A stretch of 64,000 nucleotides of DNA from Candidatus Poribacteria bacterium. GTDB lineage: Bacteria; Poribacteria; WGA-4E; WGA-3G. The DNA is taken from NCBI GenBank assembly GCA_965205015.1, contig OZ242029.1:1504001-1568000 (forward strand), in the 5' to 3' direction. Positions 38,083-47,863 of the stretch are shown piece by piece. The translations under genes and the position numbers were made by a program. Numbering within the stretch: position 1 is the stretch's first letter; every line of letters starts with the position of its first letter. Under the pieces are notes generated by a model. That model saw nothing but the letters and a program-made list of their open reading frames with translations. It was not told where the DNA came from and did no database searches.

Positions 38083-40574
38083 GCCTTACTTTCAATGATA
38101 CGGATAGGTTGGACACTATCCAAAAAGAATAGATTGACCGCAACCGGATGCGTTTTTTCATATAATCGCTCAAAGAGGTCTCGGCACGCGGACATTTTAT
38201 CGCCTTGAATCTCTTCAAGCCACGGTAACTGTTCATCTAATAACGGTTGGAAAAGGTGTTTGCGGCCTTTATGAAGCTCGTCCGGCAGATAGGCCTCATA
38301 AACCAGTCCATCAATGATTCGATCAAAATATCCGAGCATCACACGGTCGCGGGCGTATTTTAAATCTCTACTGTTTACCGTAGGCTGTTTCTTGAGATAA
38401 AGGATATATTCAACGATTTTGTGGATGAGTGCCCTCTGGTCCGATGTCATATCAGGGATCGGAATTTGCGAGACATACCGCGGCACGAATTTTAAAAACG
38501 GACCCCGAACCTGTGGAGATGTCCGCGCATAAAACCAAGAAACCGCTCTGGTGTTCAACACACCGAGAAGCCACAGTTCACTTGTAAGCAGCAGAGATGC
38601 GGGGCTGCCTACATAGTAGCCTTCATCGTCAAAAGCAAACGCGGTTTCACTTGCCATATCTGCATAGATACACTTCGGTTGCGTAAACCGCGTCGTATCC
38701 GTTGGAGCCGTTTGGAGTTCATACCATTTCTGTTTCCCTGATCTCTTTTCCAGGGCATCACGGTATTTTTCCAAGTGTTTCTTGATGGCTGGATAGGCGT
38801 TGATGTCTATGCCTCGGTGTGCAAAGATTAACCACTTGTCCTGTGTCTCTCTCCGCGACTCATCTATTGGCTTCACTCGCCACCGTTGGATGTCACGCGC
38901 CATCAGAAACGGCTTCAAAACATCAGCAGATGAGGGGTGTTCCGCAATGAGTTCATCTCGCGTCGCACGCTCTACGATAAATGCTCCGTTGCACCCGGTC
39001 GTGATACCCCTTGCAGATTGTCTGTAGAGATATTCGCTCAAGGGTTTGCCGGCGTTGCGAAATTTCTCAAGCAGTTCCAACACTGCATAAGATTCTTGTG
39101 TTTCCCCCTCGGCAGTCAAGACTCTTTGCGTTGTCGTAAAACTGTTCACTGGATATTGCCTCAACATTTCGACGATGTCTTTCGGTAGTTTAACACCGTT
39201 TTTCCGCTCGAACATGGCAACATCTCTGTAAGAATTATGAAACGCGGTGACAATATCCAATCCCAAGTTTTTGGCAACTATTAGGTCAGCTTTGGCTTTA
39301 TCCCATTCTTTCAGGTGTAACCACGTTTCACCACGAGAATAATAAACCAAATCATCGTTAGGATTCATCTGCATTGCCTGGTCCAAGTTAATGATAGCAC
39401 TATCAAAATTCCCTTTTCTGAGGTACACAATACCAAGTCGGTGATAGGCAACCGAATCATCAGAATTTAGACGGATTACCTCATTCAAGTCAGCAATAGC
39501 ATCATCAAAGTTCCCTTTGCGGAAGTAAGCCAAACCTCGGTAGTGATAGGCTTCTGAACACCTTGGTATAAATTCTATCGCTTTGCTAAAATCAGTGATG
39601 GCATTCTCAAGTTCGCCTTTAGCAAAATAAGCACGTCCCCGATTATTATAGGCAGAGGCGTAATCTGATTTGTATTTTATCGCCTTTGTAAAGTCTTCAA
39701 CGGCATCGTCAAACTTGCCGTTAGAACTGTCAAGTTCACCTATAGAGAGATAAGCACTACCTCGCCCATCATACGCGACAGCAAGCCCTTCACCTAATTG
39801 AATCGCATTATCTATCGCATCAGTAAAATGCTCAACTGCCTTTTGATAATTCTTGATTTTTTTTTCACGGATATCTGCTTTTTGCCCACTCTCCAGATGA
39901 TCATTGCCTTTACTAATATCTTCATAGATATTCCAGCGGGTATCTTGACTACTAACAAATCCATGCAGGTCAGGATAGATAATTTCGGCAGATATGCCGT
40001 GATGGTTTTGCAGGTGCTCTAACATCAACTGTTTGAGATTTGCCGGAATAGTGACAATATTGTTCTCGTGTGGTTTAATAAAGCCCTCGGGGGGTTTAAT
40101 GAATATGCTCTTCTGGACTTTGACACGACTTTTTGGAGATGGATCGCAAGGTTTTACAATCCAATTTTTTATTTCTCCATTTTTATTTTGCAAGATAACC
40201 CTGCCATCTTTAAAAGGAAAACTATTACAAGCAAAGAAGAGAGCAATACAATAGTCAGTCGTAAAGTCCAACAGGTTAGTTTTTCCACCAAAATGTTGGA
40301 TTTCGGTCAGAATCTCAAAATCGTCTGTTTCTTGGGTGTATCTGTACGTTTTAGCATACTTCAACTCTTGACGTTGAAAAACCTCTACATTGTGTTCGTT
40401 TAACAACCCAACGTTCTCAAGTGCGCGGTATAGAGTTGAGGAGATTTTGGGATGGCATTGAGACTCACCACGGAAAATGTAATCGCCATCGGCAGATATT
40501 TTCGCGATCTTGCCGATTATTTCCAAAACCTTATTTAACTGGGTTTGACGATCAGATTGGTTTTGTGTGCTCAT
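38079..40574 (-). CDS. FRG domain - TPR repeats - TaqI-C/Eco57I-like target recognition domain fusion
   Basis: YIFRGE, QHFGGKTNLLDFTTD..ALFFAC, SRVKVQKSIF (FRG); TPRs; GITTGCNGAF..LKPFLMARDIQRW..YPAIKKHLEKY..WYEL..LLGVLN (TRD-like). Confidence 0.75.
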   Translation of the reverse strand: MSTQNQSDRQTQLNKVLEIIGKIAKISADGDYIFRGESQCHPKISSTLYRALENVGLLNEHNVEVFQRQELKYAKTYRYTQETDDFEILTEIQHFGGKTNLLDFTTDYCIALFFACNSFPFKDGRVILQNKNGEIKNWIVKPCDPSPKSRVKVQKSIFIKPPEGFIKPHENNIVTIPANLKQLMLEHLQNHHGISAEIIYPDLHGFVSSQDTRWNIYEDISKGNDHLESGQKADIREKKIKNYQKAVEHFTDAIDNAIQLGEGLAVAYDGRGSAYLSIGELDSSNGKFDDAVEDFTKAIKYKSDYASAYNNRGRAYFAKGELENAITDFSKAIEFIPRCSEAYHYRGLAYFRKGNFDDAIADLNEVIRLNSDDSVAYHRLGIVYLRKGNFDSAIINLDQAMQMNPNDDLVYYSRGETWLHLKEWDKAKADLIVAKNLGLDIVTAFHNSYRDVAMFERKNGVKLPKDIVEMLRQYPVNSFTTTQRVLTAEGETQESYAVLELLEKFRNAGKPLSEYLYRQSARGITTGCNGAFIVERATRDELIAEHPSSADVLKPFLMARDIQRWRVKPIDESRRETQDKWLIFAHRGIDINAYPAIKKHLEKYRDALEKRSGKQKWYELQTAPTDTTRFTQPKCIYADMASETAFAFDDEGYYVGSPASLLLTSELWLLGVLNTRAVSWFYARTSPQVRGPFLKFVPRYVSQIPIPDMTSDQRALIHKIVEYILYLKKQPTVNSRDLKYARDRVMLGYFDRIIDGLVYEAYLPDELHKGRKHLFQPLLDEQLPWLEEIQGDKMSACRDLFERLYEKTHPVAVNLFFLDSVQPIRIIESKA

Positions 40575-40659
40575 TTATCTTACTCCCAAAAAACAAGTTT
40601 ACTTTGAAGTTAATGATAACACATTCTATCAAAGAATATTAAGCGAATTTGAGAAAGAT

Positions 40660-43464
40660 TTAAGGTGTTACAGGCTTCACACAACGAAATCCACGAGCTT
40701 TGTTCGTAATTTTTGGAGTGAACCTTGTGCGATCGGAAACTCGTATAAACTTCGCATCACTTACCCAAGATCCACCGCGCAATACACGGACACTTTTAAC
40801 ATTTTCAAAATCAGATAAGATATTATCCACAGTTCCACCAGCAAGCGGATTACGAAACGGGGAGATAGCATAAAAATCTGCATCGTATTCATCCAGACAC
40901 CATTCCCAGACGTTGCCTGTCATATCGTATAAACCGTATCCATTCATATCGTAGGTCCCAACAGGGGTCGTATCGCCGATTTTTCCACCGTAGTTTGCTT
41001 TATTAGCATCAAGTGAATCGCCCCAAGCGTAATTTCCACCAAACCGATCTCCGCGCGCTGCCTTCTCCCATTCAGCTTCTATTGGTAGGCGTTTACCCTC
41101 CCATTGTGCATATGCCATTGCCGCGTACCAACTCACATAAACAATGGGATGGTCGCCTTTGCCATGTGGGTAATTGTTCTCATCCCAATGCTTCAGATAA
41201 TCCCCATCGTGGTATTTCCTAAGAATACGATCTTTTCGCCACTGCGGGTTAGCATCAATAAATTTTTTATATTGTGCATTTGTCACCTCGTACTTGTCTA
41301 TATAGAACGCATCAATATAGACAGTATGCCTAGGTTTTTCGTCGTTTTCCGCATCGTTGTCATTGCCCCCCATCTGAAACTCGCCTGCGGGAATTAGTAC
41401 CATGTCGGCATAAATAGAGTTTGATCGAGTTTTCAACGTAAAAGAATAAGGTATCTCAACTCGAAGGCTGATGGGGTTACTGCCTTTTGTGGCAGGATGA
41501 AAAATTGTTTTCTCCAACGCCGCAATCGATGCTTCCTCAAATCCAAACCCAATATCTGTAATCGCTACAATGTCCTGGGGAATACCATTCTCATCAATGG
41601 TTGTCTGTAAGATGACCTGACCTTCCTTGCCCGCCTTTGCAGCAACTTCCGGATATTTGGGTTCCACCTTGAACTTGTATTGTGGATTAACAACCCCCGG
41701 TTCGGGCACCTCTGATAGCGGCAGGAGAGACTGACGTTGAGCGATGGCGCGGTGAATATCTGGAAGCTCGGGCACTTCTAATAGCGGCAGGAGAGATTCT
41801 CCTTCACGGTTATTCTGGTTAAAGGAACGCGTTGTGTTAGTTAACCTATCAGAACTTACCGTAGAGACTATCCTCCCAAATTGCGATTCCCAGGCATCTC
41901 GTTTGACACTTCCATTTTCAACATCCAACACGAGCAAACCAGCATTCTGTAGTGCGCTATTTTCACGAATCTTTTGGAGGAAATCAGTGGTTTCTAACCC
42001 TACTTCTGCTGCTGCATGAGCGGCGTCAAGTGGTCCCTTAAACTGTTTAACCAATTGCTGTATAGGTTCTCTGCCACCGAAGACTCCACCAGCTGCCTCA
42101 ATCGCCTGCCGATAACGCGCAACATCGGCGCGGACAAGGCTCTCCATCTTTGACTTTTCTGCGTAGAGACGCAATGCCTGTGCCTTGTCATAAGAGGGAT
42201 TCCGACTCTGCCCAATCACCGAACGCATCTGATCTTCAAAGGTCTTCATTCCCTCCGTGTGGCAGCCCATACAGGAAAGACCATTACGGACAACAGGGTC
42301 CCGCGATCCAGCATCTGACACAATGTTAATCGGTGCTTCATCAAGCCGGGCACCCGTCGCCGTGGATAAATAGTATGCCTGCAGTCCGTTCGGGAGATTG
42401 AAGATTATCTCACCGCCATCGTGCGTGAAATTGAGGGGATGTGTGAAGATGTTCTGCGTGCCGACATTCCCAGCGAAGTCATAAGATTTCCAATATGCGC
42501 CATATCGGGATTTGTGGCGTTCCACAATGCGGTTGTTAACGGATACACCAGACTCGTTAAAACCCGCCCGCCAGACACGAACCCCCGGTGCATTTTTTAA
42601 GTTTTCAGCAACGTTCACCTCAAGTTGTGTTTCTAATTCTTTATCTGTTTCTGGTAGACCAAGGATCTCGTGATAGAGCGGCGGGAGAGAGGCAGTAGCG
42701 ATGAACCAATCGGCTCGGACAAACGGCAGTTCACAGTCCGTCTCTTGACAGAGCGTTGTATACATTGATGATTTCAACTGCACACCGTACGAATATGCCT
42801 GCTCAATCTTATACCATTTATCGCTTTTGACGTCCCACTCGTAATGTCGTAAGTCAATGTAGAAGATTGTCTCCTCGCGGTCGATCGGTGTAGGCTTGAT
42901 AACTTCAGAACCCCAAGAGAGGCTGTTAACCAATTTTGATAAGGCGTTCCGATAGGCGCGGAGGTTGTCATCTGTCGCCCCAGCATTGTAGAGATGCGTC
43001 AATGTAAAATAGCGTGCGAAGGTGCGATCAAAGACAGTAAGCGATGTCACGTGGGTATGGATCGTTTTGAGCATCGCCTCGGTAGTAATAAAGCGACGTT
43101 CGGGCTTAGGAATTGCCTCCCAATCTGGTGCCCCTGATTCAATCCAGCGACGAACTGTGGCGATTGTTTCAGCGTCCAAAGGCTCTTGTCCTAACGGCAT
43201 TTGCGAGCCGTTATCTGTATCGCCAAGCAGTCGCAGATAAAATTCGGAGGCATCGGGTTGCCTCGGGATGACAGAGCGGTTTTCGATTAAATCTTTATGC
43301 TTAATGGTAAGCACATCGCTATATGACCCAAATTCGCCGTGGCAGTCGAGGCAATGTTGTTCAAAGATAGTGAACGCCTGTTGTGCGAGTGGCTGTTGTG
43401 CATACACAAACTGCTGGCTCAAGGCTAAGATTAATAGACAGATGACTCTGTAAAAGGTCTTCAT
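40660..43464 (-). CDS. Secreted c-type cytochrome - TonB C-terminal - FGE/SUMF1 domain protein
   Basis: Signal peptide; CLDCH and CMGCH; PKYPEVAAKAGKEGQVIL (TonB_C); MVLIPAGEFQMG..RLPIEAEWEKAARG..GNVWEWC..RGGSW..GFRC. Confidence 0.8.
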   Translation of the reverse strand: MKTFYRVICLLILALSQQFVYAQQPLAQQAFTIFEQHCLDCHGEFGSYSDVLTIKHKDLIENRSVIPRQPDASEFYLRLLGDTDNGSQMPLGQEPLDAETIATVRRWIESGAPDWEAIPKPERRFITTEAMLKTIHTHVTSLTVFDRTFARYFTLTHLYNAGATDDNLRAYRNALSKLVNSLSWGSEVIKPTPIDREETIFYIDLRHYEWDVKSDKWYKIEQAYSYGVQLKSSMYTTLCQETDCELPFVRADWFIATASLPPLYHEILGLPETDKELETQLEVNVAENLKNAPGVRVWRAGFNESGVSVNNRIVERHKSRYGAYWKSYDFAGNVGTQNIFTHPLNFTHDGGEIIFNLPNGLQAYYLSTATGARLDEAPINIVSDAGSRDPVVRNGLSCMGCHTEGMKTFEDQMRSVIGQSRNPSYDKAQALRLYAEKSKMESLVRADVARYRQAIEAAGGVFGGREPIQQLVKQFKGPLDAAHAAAEVGLETTDFLQKIRENSALQNAGLLVLDVENGSVKRDAWESQFGRIVSTVSSDRLTNTTRSFNQNNREGESLLPLLEVPELPDIHRAIAQRQSLLPLSEVPEPGVVNPQYKFKVEPKYPEVAAKAGKEGQVILQTTIDENGIPQDIVAITDIGFGFEEASIAALEKTIFHPATKGSNPISLRVEIPYSFTLKTRSNSIYADMVLIPAGEFQMGGNDNDAENDEKPRHTVYIDAFYIDKYEVTNAQYKKFIDANPQWRKDRILRKYHDGDYLKHWDENNYPHGKGDHPIVYVSWYAAMAYAQWEGKRLPIEAEWEKAARGDRFGGNYAWGDSLDANKANYGGKIGDTTPVGTYDMNGYGLYDMTGNVWEWCLDEYDADFYAISPFRNPLAGGTVDNILSDFENVKSVRVLRGGSWVSDAKFIRVSDRTRFTPKITNKARGFRCVKPVTP

Positions 43465-43514
43465 ATCTTTTCCAAAGGTAGTTATTAATTGTCAGTGTTA
43501 GGCATGTGCTTGTG

Positions 43515-46301
43515 TTACTTTTGAATTGGTGGAGTACGCAGTGGCGATAAGTCGCCGTGTTTCTTTAAATCAGGGGTAACATCCTTCACACATCGGAAAC
43601 CGAAGTCATCGTTTGAAAAATTAGGCGGACCGTAGTCAATATCAGAAATTTTCACGTCTCGAGCAAACCTAATCCAAGAACCACCCCGCAATACACGCCA
43701 CGATTTACGATTAAAAAATCCGTTTATAATGTCTGTGACACTGGCAGTACCAGCAATCGGATTGCGACCCGGTGAAGTTTTGTAAAAATCGCGGTTATGC
43801 TCATCAAGACACCACTCCCAAACATTACCTACCATATCATACAATCCATACCTGTTAGGTGGGTAACTCCCAACAGGAGTTGTACCGCCAACATTCCTTG
43901 CGTGGTTTGCATTACTGAAATCAATCGAATTACCCCACGGGTACCTTTGACCTGTTAATCCACCACGTGCTGCTTTTTCCCATTCTGCTTCTGTTGGAAG
44001 ACGCTTGTCTACCCATTTCGCATAAGCCCTGGCACCATGCCAGCTCACATTGGCAACAGGATGGTCGCCTTTACCAATAGGATAATTATTGCCATCCCAG
44101 TCTTTCAGGTAGTTCCCATCATGATATTTCCAAGGGATATAATCTTTCTGCCACTGTGGGTTGGCATCAACAAACATCTTATACTGTGCATTGGTAATCT
44201 CATATATATCTATGTAAAATGCATCAATGTAGACAGTATGTATCCACTTCTCGTCATCGAATGCCTTATCAGTGCTCCCCATTTGAAACTCGCCTGCGGG
44301 AATCAAAACCATGTTAGGATCGGATGGACTCAGCAGAATTTGAGTCCTATCAGGGACTGCCATTTTTGGATCCTGGGGTAAAACTATATCAGGCTCAGAT
44401 GGAATCAAAAGGTTTTCTACTTCTTGAAGTATACCTCCTATCATCCTAAAATGCTTCTTGATTGCCTTTTTTGGATCATGTAAGGGCTCCCCTTTTTTGA
44501 CCTCCCGCCTAATATAAGTGATAGACACAGTGTCACTATGTGCATCAACCAAAGCAACCTCTTTTATATTCGTACGATCCCCTAAACTGACTTCATCCAC
44601 ACTTTTGAGTGTTTTTTTATCCACTACATTGAGATCAAAAAAGACACCCGATCCGCCCCCCCAGTCGGCTAAAGGCACAAAAATATAGCGATTACTTTCA
44701 ACAGTATCCTGAGGAAGGATGGTGTAACTACTATAAGAAGTGCGCCCATATATTTCATGTTTTTTCCTCAAGACGATTCGATCCGGATAATGGGTTACAC
44801 CTTCACCTTCAAAAATCACTTCACTATTTCCTTCTCCGCTTGACCACGTAACAATGAAAGTAATTTTGGTGAGTGCTTCTTCCAAAGGCATTCCGAGTTC
44901 AATAAAACCTTCGGCAGAAGGTGTTACAGGCTTCACACAACGGAATCCACGGGCTTTGTTGGTGATCCGTGGCGTAAACCTTGTGCGATCGGAAACCCGA
45001 ACGAACTTGGCGTTACTTGCCCAAGAACCGCCGCGTAATACACGGACACTTCTAACATCTGTCCAATTAGTTACAGTTCCACCCGCAAGTGGATTACGAG
45101 AGGGAGAGATAGCATAGAAATCTGCCTCGTATTCATCAAGGCACCATTCCCAGACGTTGCCTGTCATGTCGTATAAACCGTATCCGTTCATATCGTAGGT
45201 GCCAACAGGCGTCGTATCGCCAATATACTCTCCGTAATTTGCCTTGTTGAAATCAAGAGAGTCGCCCCATGCGTATTCTCTGCCAAACCTATTTCCGCGC
45301 GCTGCCTTCTCCCATTCTGCTTCCGTTGGAAGGCGTTTTCCCTGCCACTGTGCATACGCCATTGCCGCGTACCAACTCACATAAACAACAGGGTGGTTCC
45401 CTTTATTGGGTGGGTAATCGTTTCCATCCCAGTGTTTCAGATAATCTCCATCGTGGTATTTTTCAGGAATACGATCTTTTTGCCACTGTCGATTCGCATC
45501 AACAAATTTCTTATATTGCGCATTTGTCACTTCGTATCTGTCAATATAGAACGCATCCACATAGACGGTGTGCCGAGGCTTTTCATCGTCTTCCGCATCG
45601 TTGGCATTGCTTCTGCTTCCCATATCGAAATTACCAGCAGGAATAAACATCATATCAAGAGGTAAAGGTTTCAAAGGATTCTCGACCTTTCGCAGTTTGC
45701 CTTCTATCATCCTAAAATGCTGCTTGATTGCCTTGTTCGGATCATGTGAGACTTTGCCTTTATTAACCTCCCGCCTAATATAGGTGATAGACACAGTGTC
45801 ACTGGCTGGATCAGCCACAATTACGCTCTCAACCCTGGCACGATCTCCTAAGCCAACCTCACCAACAGTTCGGAGCGTTTTTTTATCCACCACATTGAGA
45901 TCCCAAAAGACACCTGAACCTCCACCCGATTGGGCTAAAGGCACAAAAATATATCGATTGCTTTCAGCGGCATACTTAGAGAGAAGTATGTAAAGACTGT
46001 CCAATCTGCGGTACGGAACTCCTTCAAGGCTCCAGGCGTCTCTATATGTTTTAAGTTCTATGTAGTCTTCTTCCCGGGTTACACCTTCACCTTCAAAAAC
46101 CACTTCATCACTTCCATCGCTGCTTAACCACTCAACACTGAAAGTAATTTTGGTGAGTGCTTCTTCCAAAGGCATTCCGAGTTCAATAAAACCTTCGGCA
46201 GATTCTTCCGTTGGTTCCGTCGCAGTCGGTTGTTGTGCCTGCCCAATCTGCTGACTCAAGGTGAATAGAAGGAGGCAGGTGATTATGCAAAAAATCTTCA
46301 T
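43515..46301 (-). CDS. Secreted protein with tandem [unknown domain - FGE/SUMF1] x2
   Basis: Start MKIFCIITCLLL after GGAG; two FGE domains; two copies of SAEGFIELGMPLEEALTKITF..GGGSGVF.DLNVVDKKTL. Confidence 0.8.
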   Translation of the reverse strand: MKIFCIITCLLLFTLSQQIGQAQQPTATEPTEESAEGFIELGMPLEEALTKITFSVEWLSSDGSDEVVFEGEGVTREEDYIELKTYRDAWSLEGVPYRRLDSLYILLSKYAAESNRYIFVPLAQSGGGSGVFWDLNVVDKKTLRTVGEVGLGDRARVESVIVADPASDTVSITYIRREVNKGKVSHDPNKAIKQHFRMIEGKLRKVENPLKPLPLDMMFIPAGNFDMGSRSNANDAEDDEKPRHTVYVDAFYIDRYEVTNAQYKKFVDANRQWQKDRIPEKYHDGDYLKHWDGNDYPPNKGNHPVVYVSWYAAMAYAQWQGKRLPTEAEWEKAARGNRFGREYAWGDSLDFNKANYGEYIGDTTPVGTYDMNGYGLYDMTGNVWEWCLDEYEADFYAISPSRNPLAGGTVTNWTDVRSVRVLRGGSWASNAKFVRVSDRTRFTPRITNKARGFRCVKPVTPSAEGFIELGMPLEEALTKITFIVTWSSGEGNSEVIFEGEGVTHYPDRIVLRKKHEIYGRTSYSSYTILPQDTVESNRYIFVPLADWGGGSGVFFDLNVVDKKTLKSVDEVSLGDRTNIKEVALVDAHSDTVSITYIRREVKKGEPLHDPKKAIKKHFRMIGGILQEVENLLIPSEPDIVLPQDPKMAVPDRTQILLSPSDPNMVLIPAGEFQMGSTDKAFDDEKWIHTVYIDAFYIDIYEITNAQYKMFVDANPQWQKDYIPWKYHDGNYLKDWDGNNYPIGKGDHPVANVSWHGARAYAKWVDKRLPTEAEWEKAARGGLTGQRYPWGNSIDFSNANHARNVGGTTPVGSYPPNRYGLYDMVGNVWEWCLDEHNRDFYKTSPGRNPIAGTASVTDIINGFFNRKSWRVLRGGSWIRFARDVKISDIDYGPPNFSNDDFGFRCVKDVTPDLKKHGDLSPLRTPPIQK

Positions 46302-46318
46302 ATCTTCTCCAAAGATTG

Positions 46319-46345
46319 CTACACACATGTCGCCCCTCCGGGGCT
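46319..46345. repeat. REP-like short palindrome
   Basis: CTACACACATGTC-GCCCC-TCC-GGGGC-T. Confidence 0.4.
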
Positions 46346-46416
46346 GAAGAAACTGGTCAAATACCTCTCTTAACTGAAAATCGATAACTCTCACTGCGAG
46401 GCATACTGAAAACCAT

Positions 46417-47283
46417 TTAATGCCATCCAACGAACCCCAAGTACATGCTCCATAACTCATCTCCCCATAACAGTACAAGCACAGCGGCCCCTGCGAGAAA
46501 GGGACCATACGGGATAGTGCTATGATGCTCCTTTCCTCGAGCGACAATCAAAGATTTCAGGGGGTAACCCAGCCACGTTTCAAGGCTATGACGCTCCTTT
46601 CCTCGAGCGATAATTCGTCGAGCGACAATGATAGTTCCGACAACTGCCCCACTGAGTGAAGAGAAGGCTATTACCATAGCGATTTCTTTCCAAGCCCCCA
46701 GAAACAATCCGTTAAGTGCCATCAGATTAATATCTCCACCACCCATTGCACTTTTACGAAAAACCGTCTCACCGATATAACCGATTAAATATGTAACACC
46801 AATCCCAATTACTGCCCCGGTGAGCCTAGTTAGTAGGTAATCCACATCACCACGCCGATAGGCAATTGCGCAAACTATCGCCAGTCCAAGAATCAACCCG
46901 ATGTCAATTAGAACGTTTGGAATGATATAGTGTTGTGCATCGATTACGGAGATCGGTATAAGCAGTGTAACAAAGATAAGAGCGAGTAGGAATTCGAGGG
47001 ATAACCCGAAGTGGTAGAACATGAGTAGAAACAGTGCCCCTGTCGCTAACTCAACCAACGGGTATATAACGGAAATTTTTGTCTTACACTGCCGACATCT
47101 CCGGCGTAAAAGCAGATAACTTAAAACGGGGATGTTGTCATAAAAGTTTATCGGTGCCTTACATTCAGGGCAAAAAGAGCGACGCGGTGAATGAATCGAC
47201 ACGTCTGGGAGCGGAATGCGATAGATACAGACATTGAGAAAACTACCGACCACCAGACCAAAAAGGAAAATAAAGACCCACAT
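46417..47283 (-). CDS. pilD: Prepilin peptidase A24
   Basis: GSFLNVCIYRIP, CPEC..CRQC, ISVID, MGGGDINL, IPYGPFL. Confidence 0.9.
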   Translation of the reverse strand: MWVFIFLFGLVVGSFLNVCIYRIPLPDVSIHSPRRSFCPECKAPINFYDNIPVLSYLLLRRRCRQCKTKISVIYPLVELATGALFLLMFYHFGLSLEFLLALIFVTLLIPISVIDAQHYIIPNVLIDIGLILGLAIVCAIAYRRGDVDYLLTRLTGAVIGIGVTYLIGYIGETVFRKSAMGGGDINLMALNGLFLGAWKEIAMVIAFSSLSGAVVGTIIVARRIIARGKERHSLETWLGYPLKSLIVARGKEHHSTIPYGPFLAGAAVLVLLWGDELWSMYLGFVGWH

Positions 47284-47304
47284 ATTTTTCTATGGTTTTA
47301 TAAC

Positions 47305-47391
47305 TATCGGTTACAAGAGGCTTCTGTGCAACGAAAACCTCTTACCGAAAACCGACAACTGAAAACCTGCGTAGCAGGCGAACCGATAACT
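47305..47391. repeat. Heptamer-array inverted repeat element (family B)
   Basis: TATCGGTTACAAGAGG...CCTCTTACCGAAAACCGACAACTGA. Confidence 0.6.
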
Positions 47392-47393
47392 AA

Positions 47394-47828
47394 TTACCAC
47401 CAATACTTTTCACCGAGGCGCACGTCCGCATGATAGACTCTGCTGATCTCCGCGACACCGCCGATTCGATATTTCTCGGGGACACGCGAGTGATTTTTGG
47501 CAATTCCTACCTTGTAGGTGTCGTGGTGGAGAACATAGGTCCCACCCCAGGGTGTCTCAGGAATAGATTCCAGATAGTTGCCACGCCATCCCTCAACGCC
47601 AGGATCCTTTACCAAGGCATCTAAATTTGTTGGATATCCACCGGTGTGCTTGAAGTACTTTTGGATAGCAACGGCAATAGTTTCGACATCTATATCCGCC
47701 GTGCTCACTTTTCGATATTCCTGCCAGGGTGGAAAAGAAAGTGCCACAATGATAATGGCGATAATAACAAGGATGAGCAGTTGAAGTCGAGTCATCCCGC
47801 CGTTTTCGTTGATATTTTTCTGTAGCAT
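47394..47828 (-). CDS. GspG-like pseudopilin
   Basis: G|MTRLQLLILVII prepilin-like N-terminus; GGYPTNLDALV..WRGNYL..TPWG resembles the T2SSG domain; next to pilD. Confidence 0.7.
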   Translation of the reverse strand: MLQKNINENGGMTRLQLLILVIIAIIIVALSFPPWQEYRKVSTADIDVETIAVAIQKYFKHTGGYPTNLDALVKDPGVEGWRGNYLESIPETPWGGTYVLHHDTYKVGIAKNHSRVPEKYRIGGVAEISRVYHADVRLGEKYWW

Positions 47829-47863
47829 GGTAACAGTCGGGAATCGGAGTTCCTTCCTACAGT

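Noticed and set aside
40660-45060. Diversity-generating retroelement: FGE/C-type-lectin domains with near-repeated 3' ends (40660-40790 vs 44920-45050)
   Set aside because: Both copies are in coding frames and differ mostly at synonymous positions rather than only at adenines; no reverse transcriptase or separate template repeat is in the window. Remote targeting cannot be fully excluded.
46302-46547. N-terminal extension of ORF 43515..46547 (similar over-long starts at 28830, 47966, 53398 and 53687)
   Set aside because: Extensions overlap neighbouring genes or repeats, or precede a better start; downstream ATGs have an RBS, signal peptide or family-consistent N-terminus
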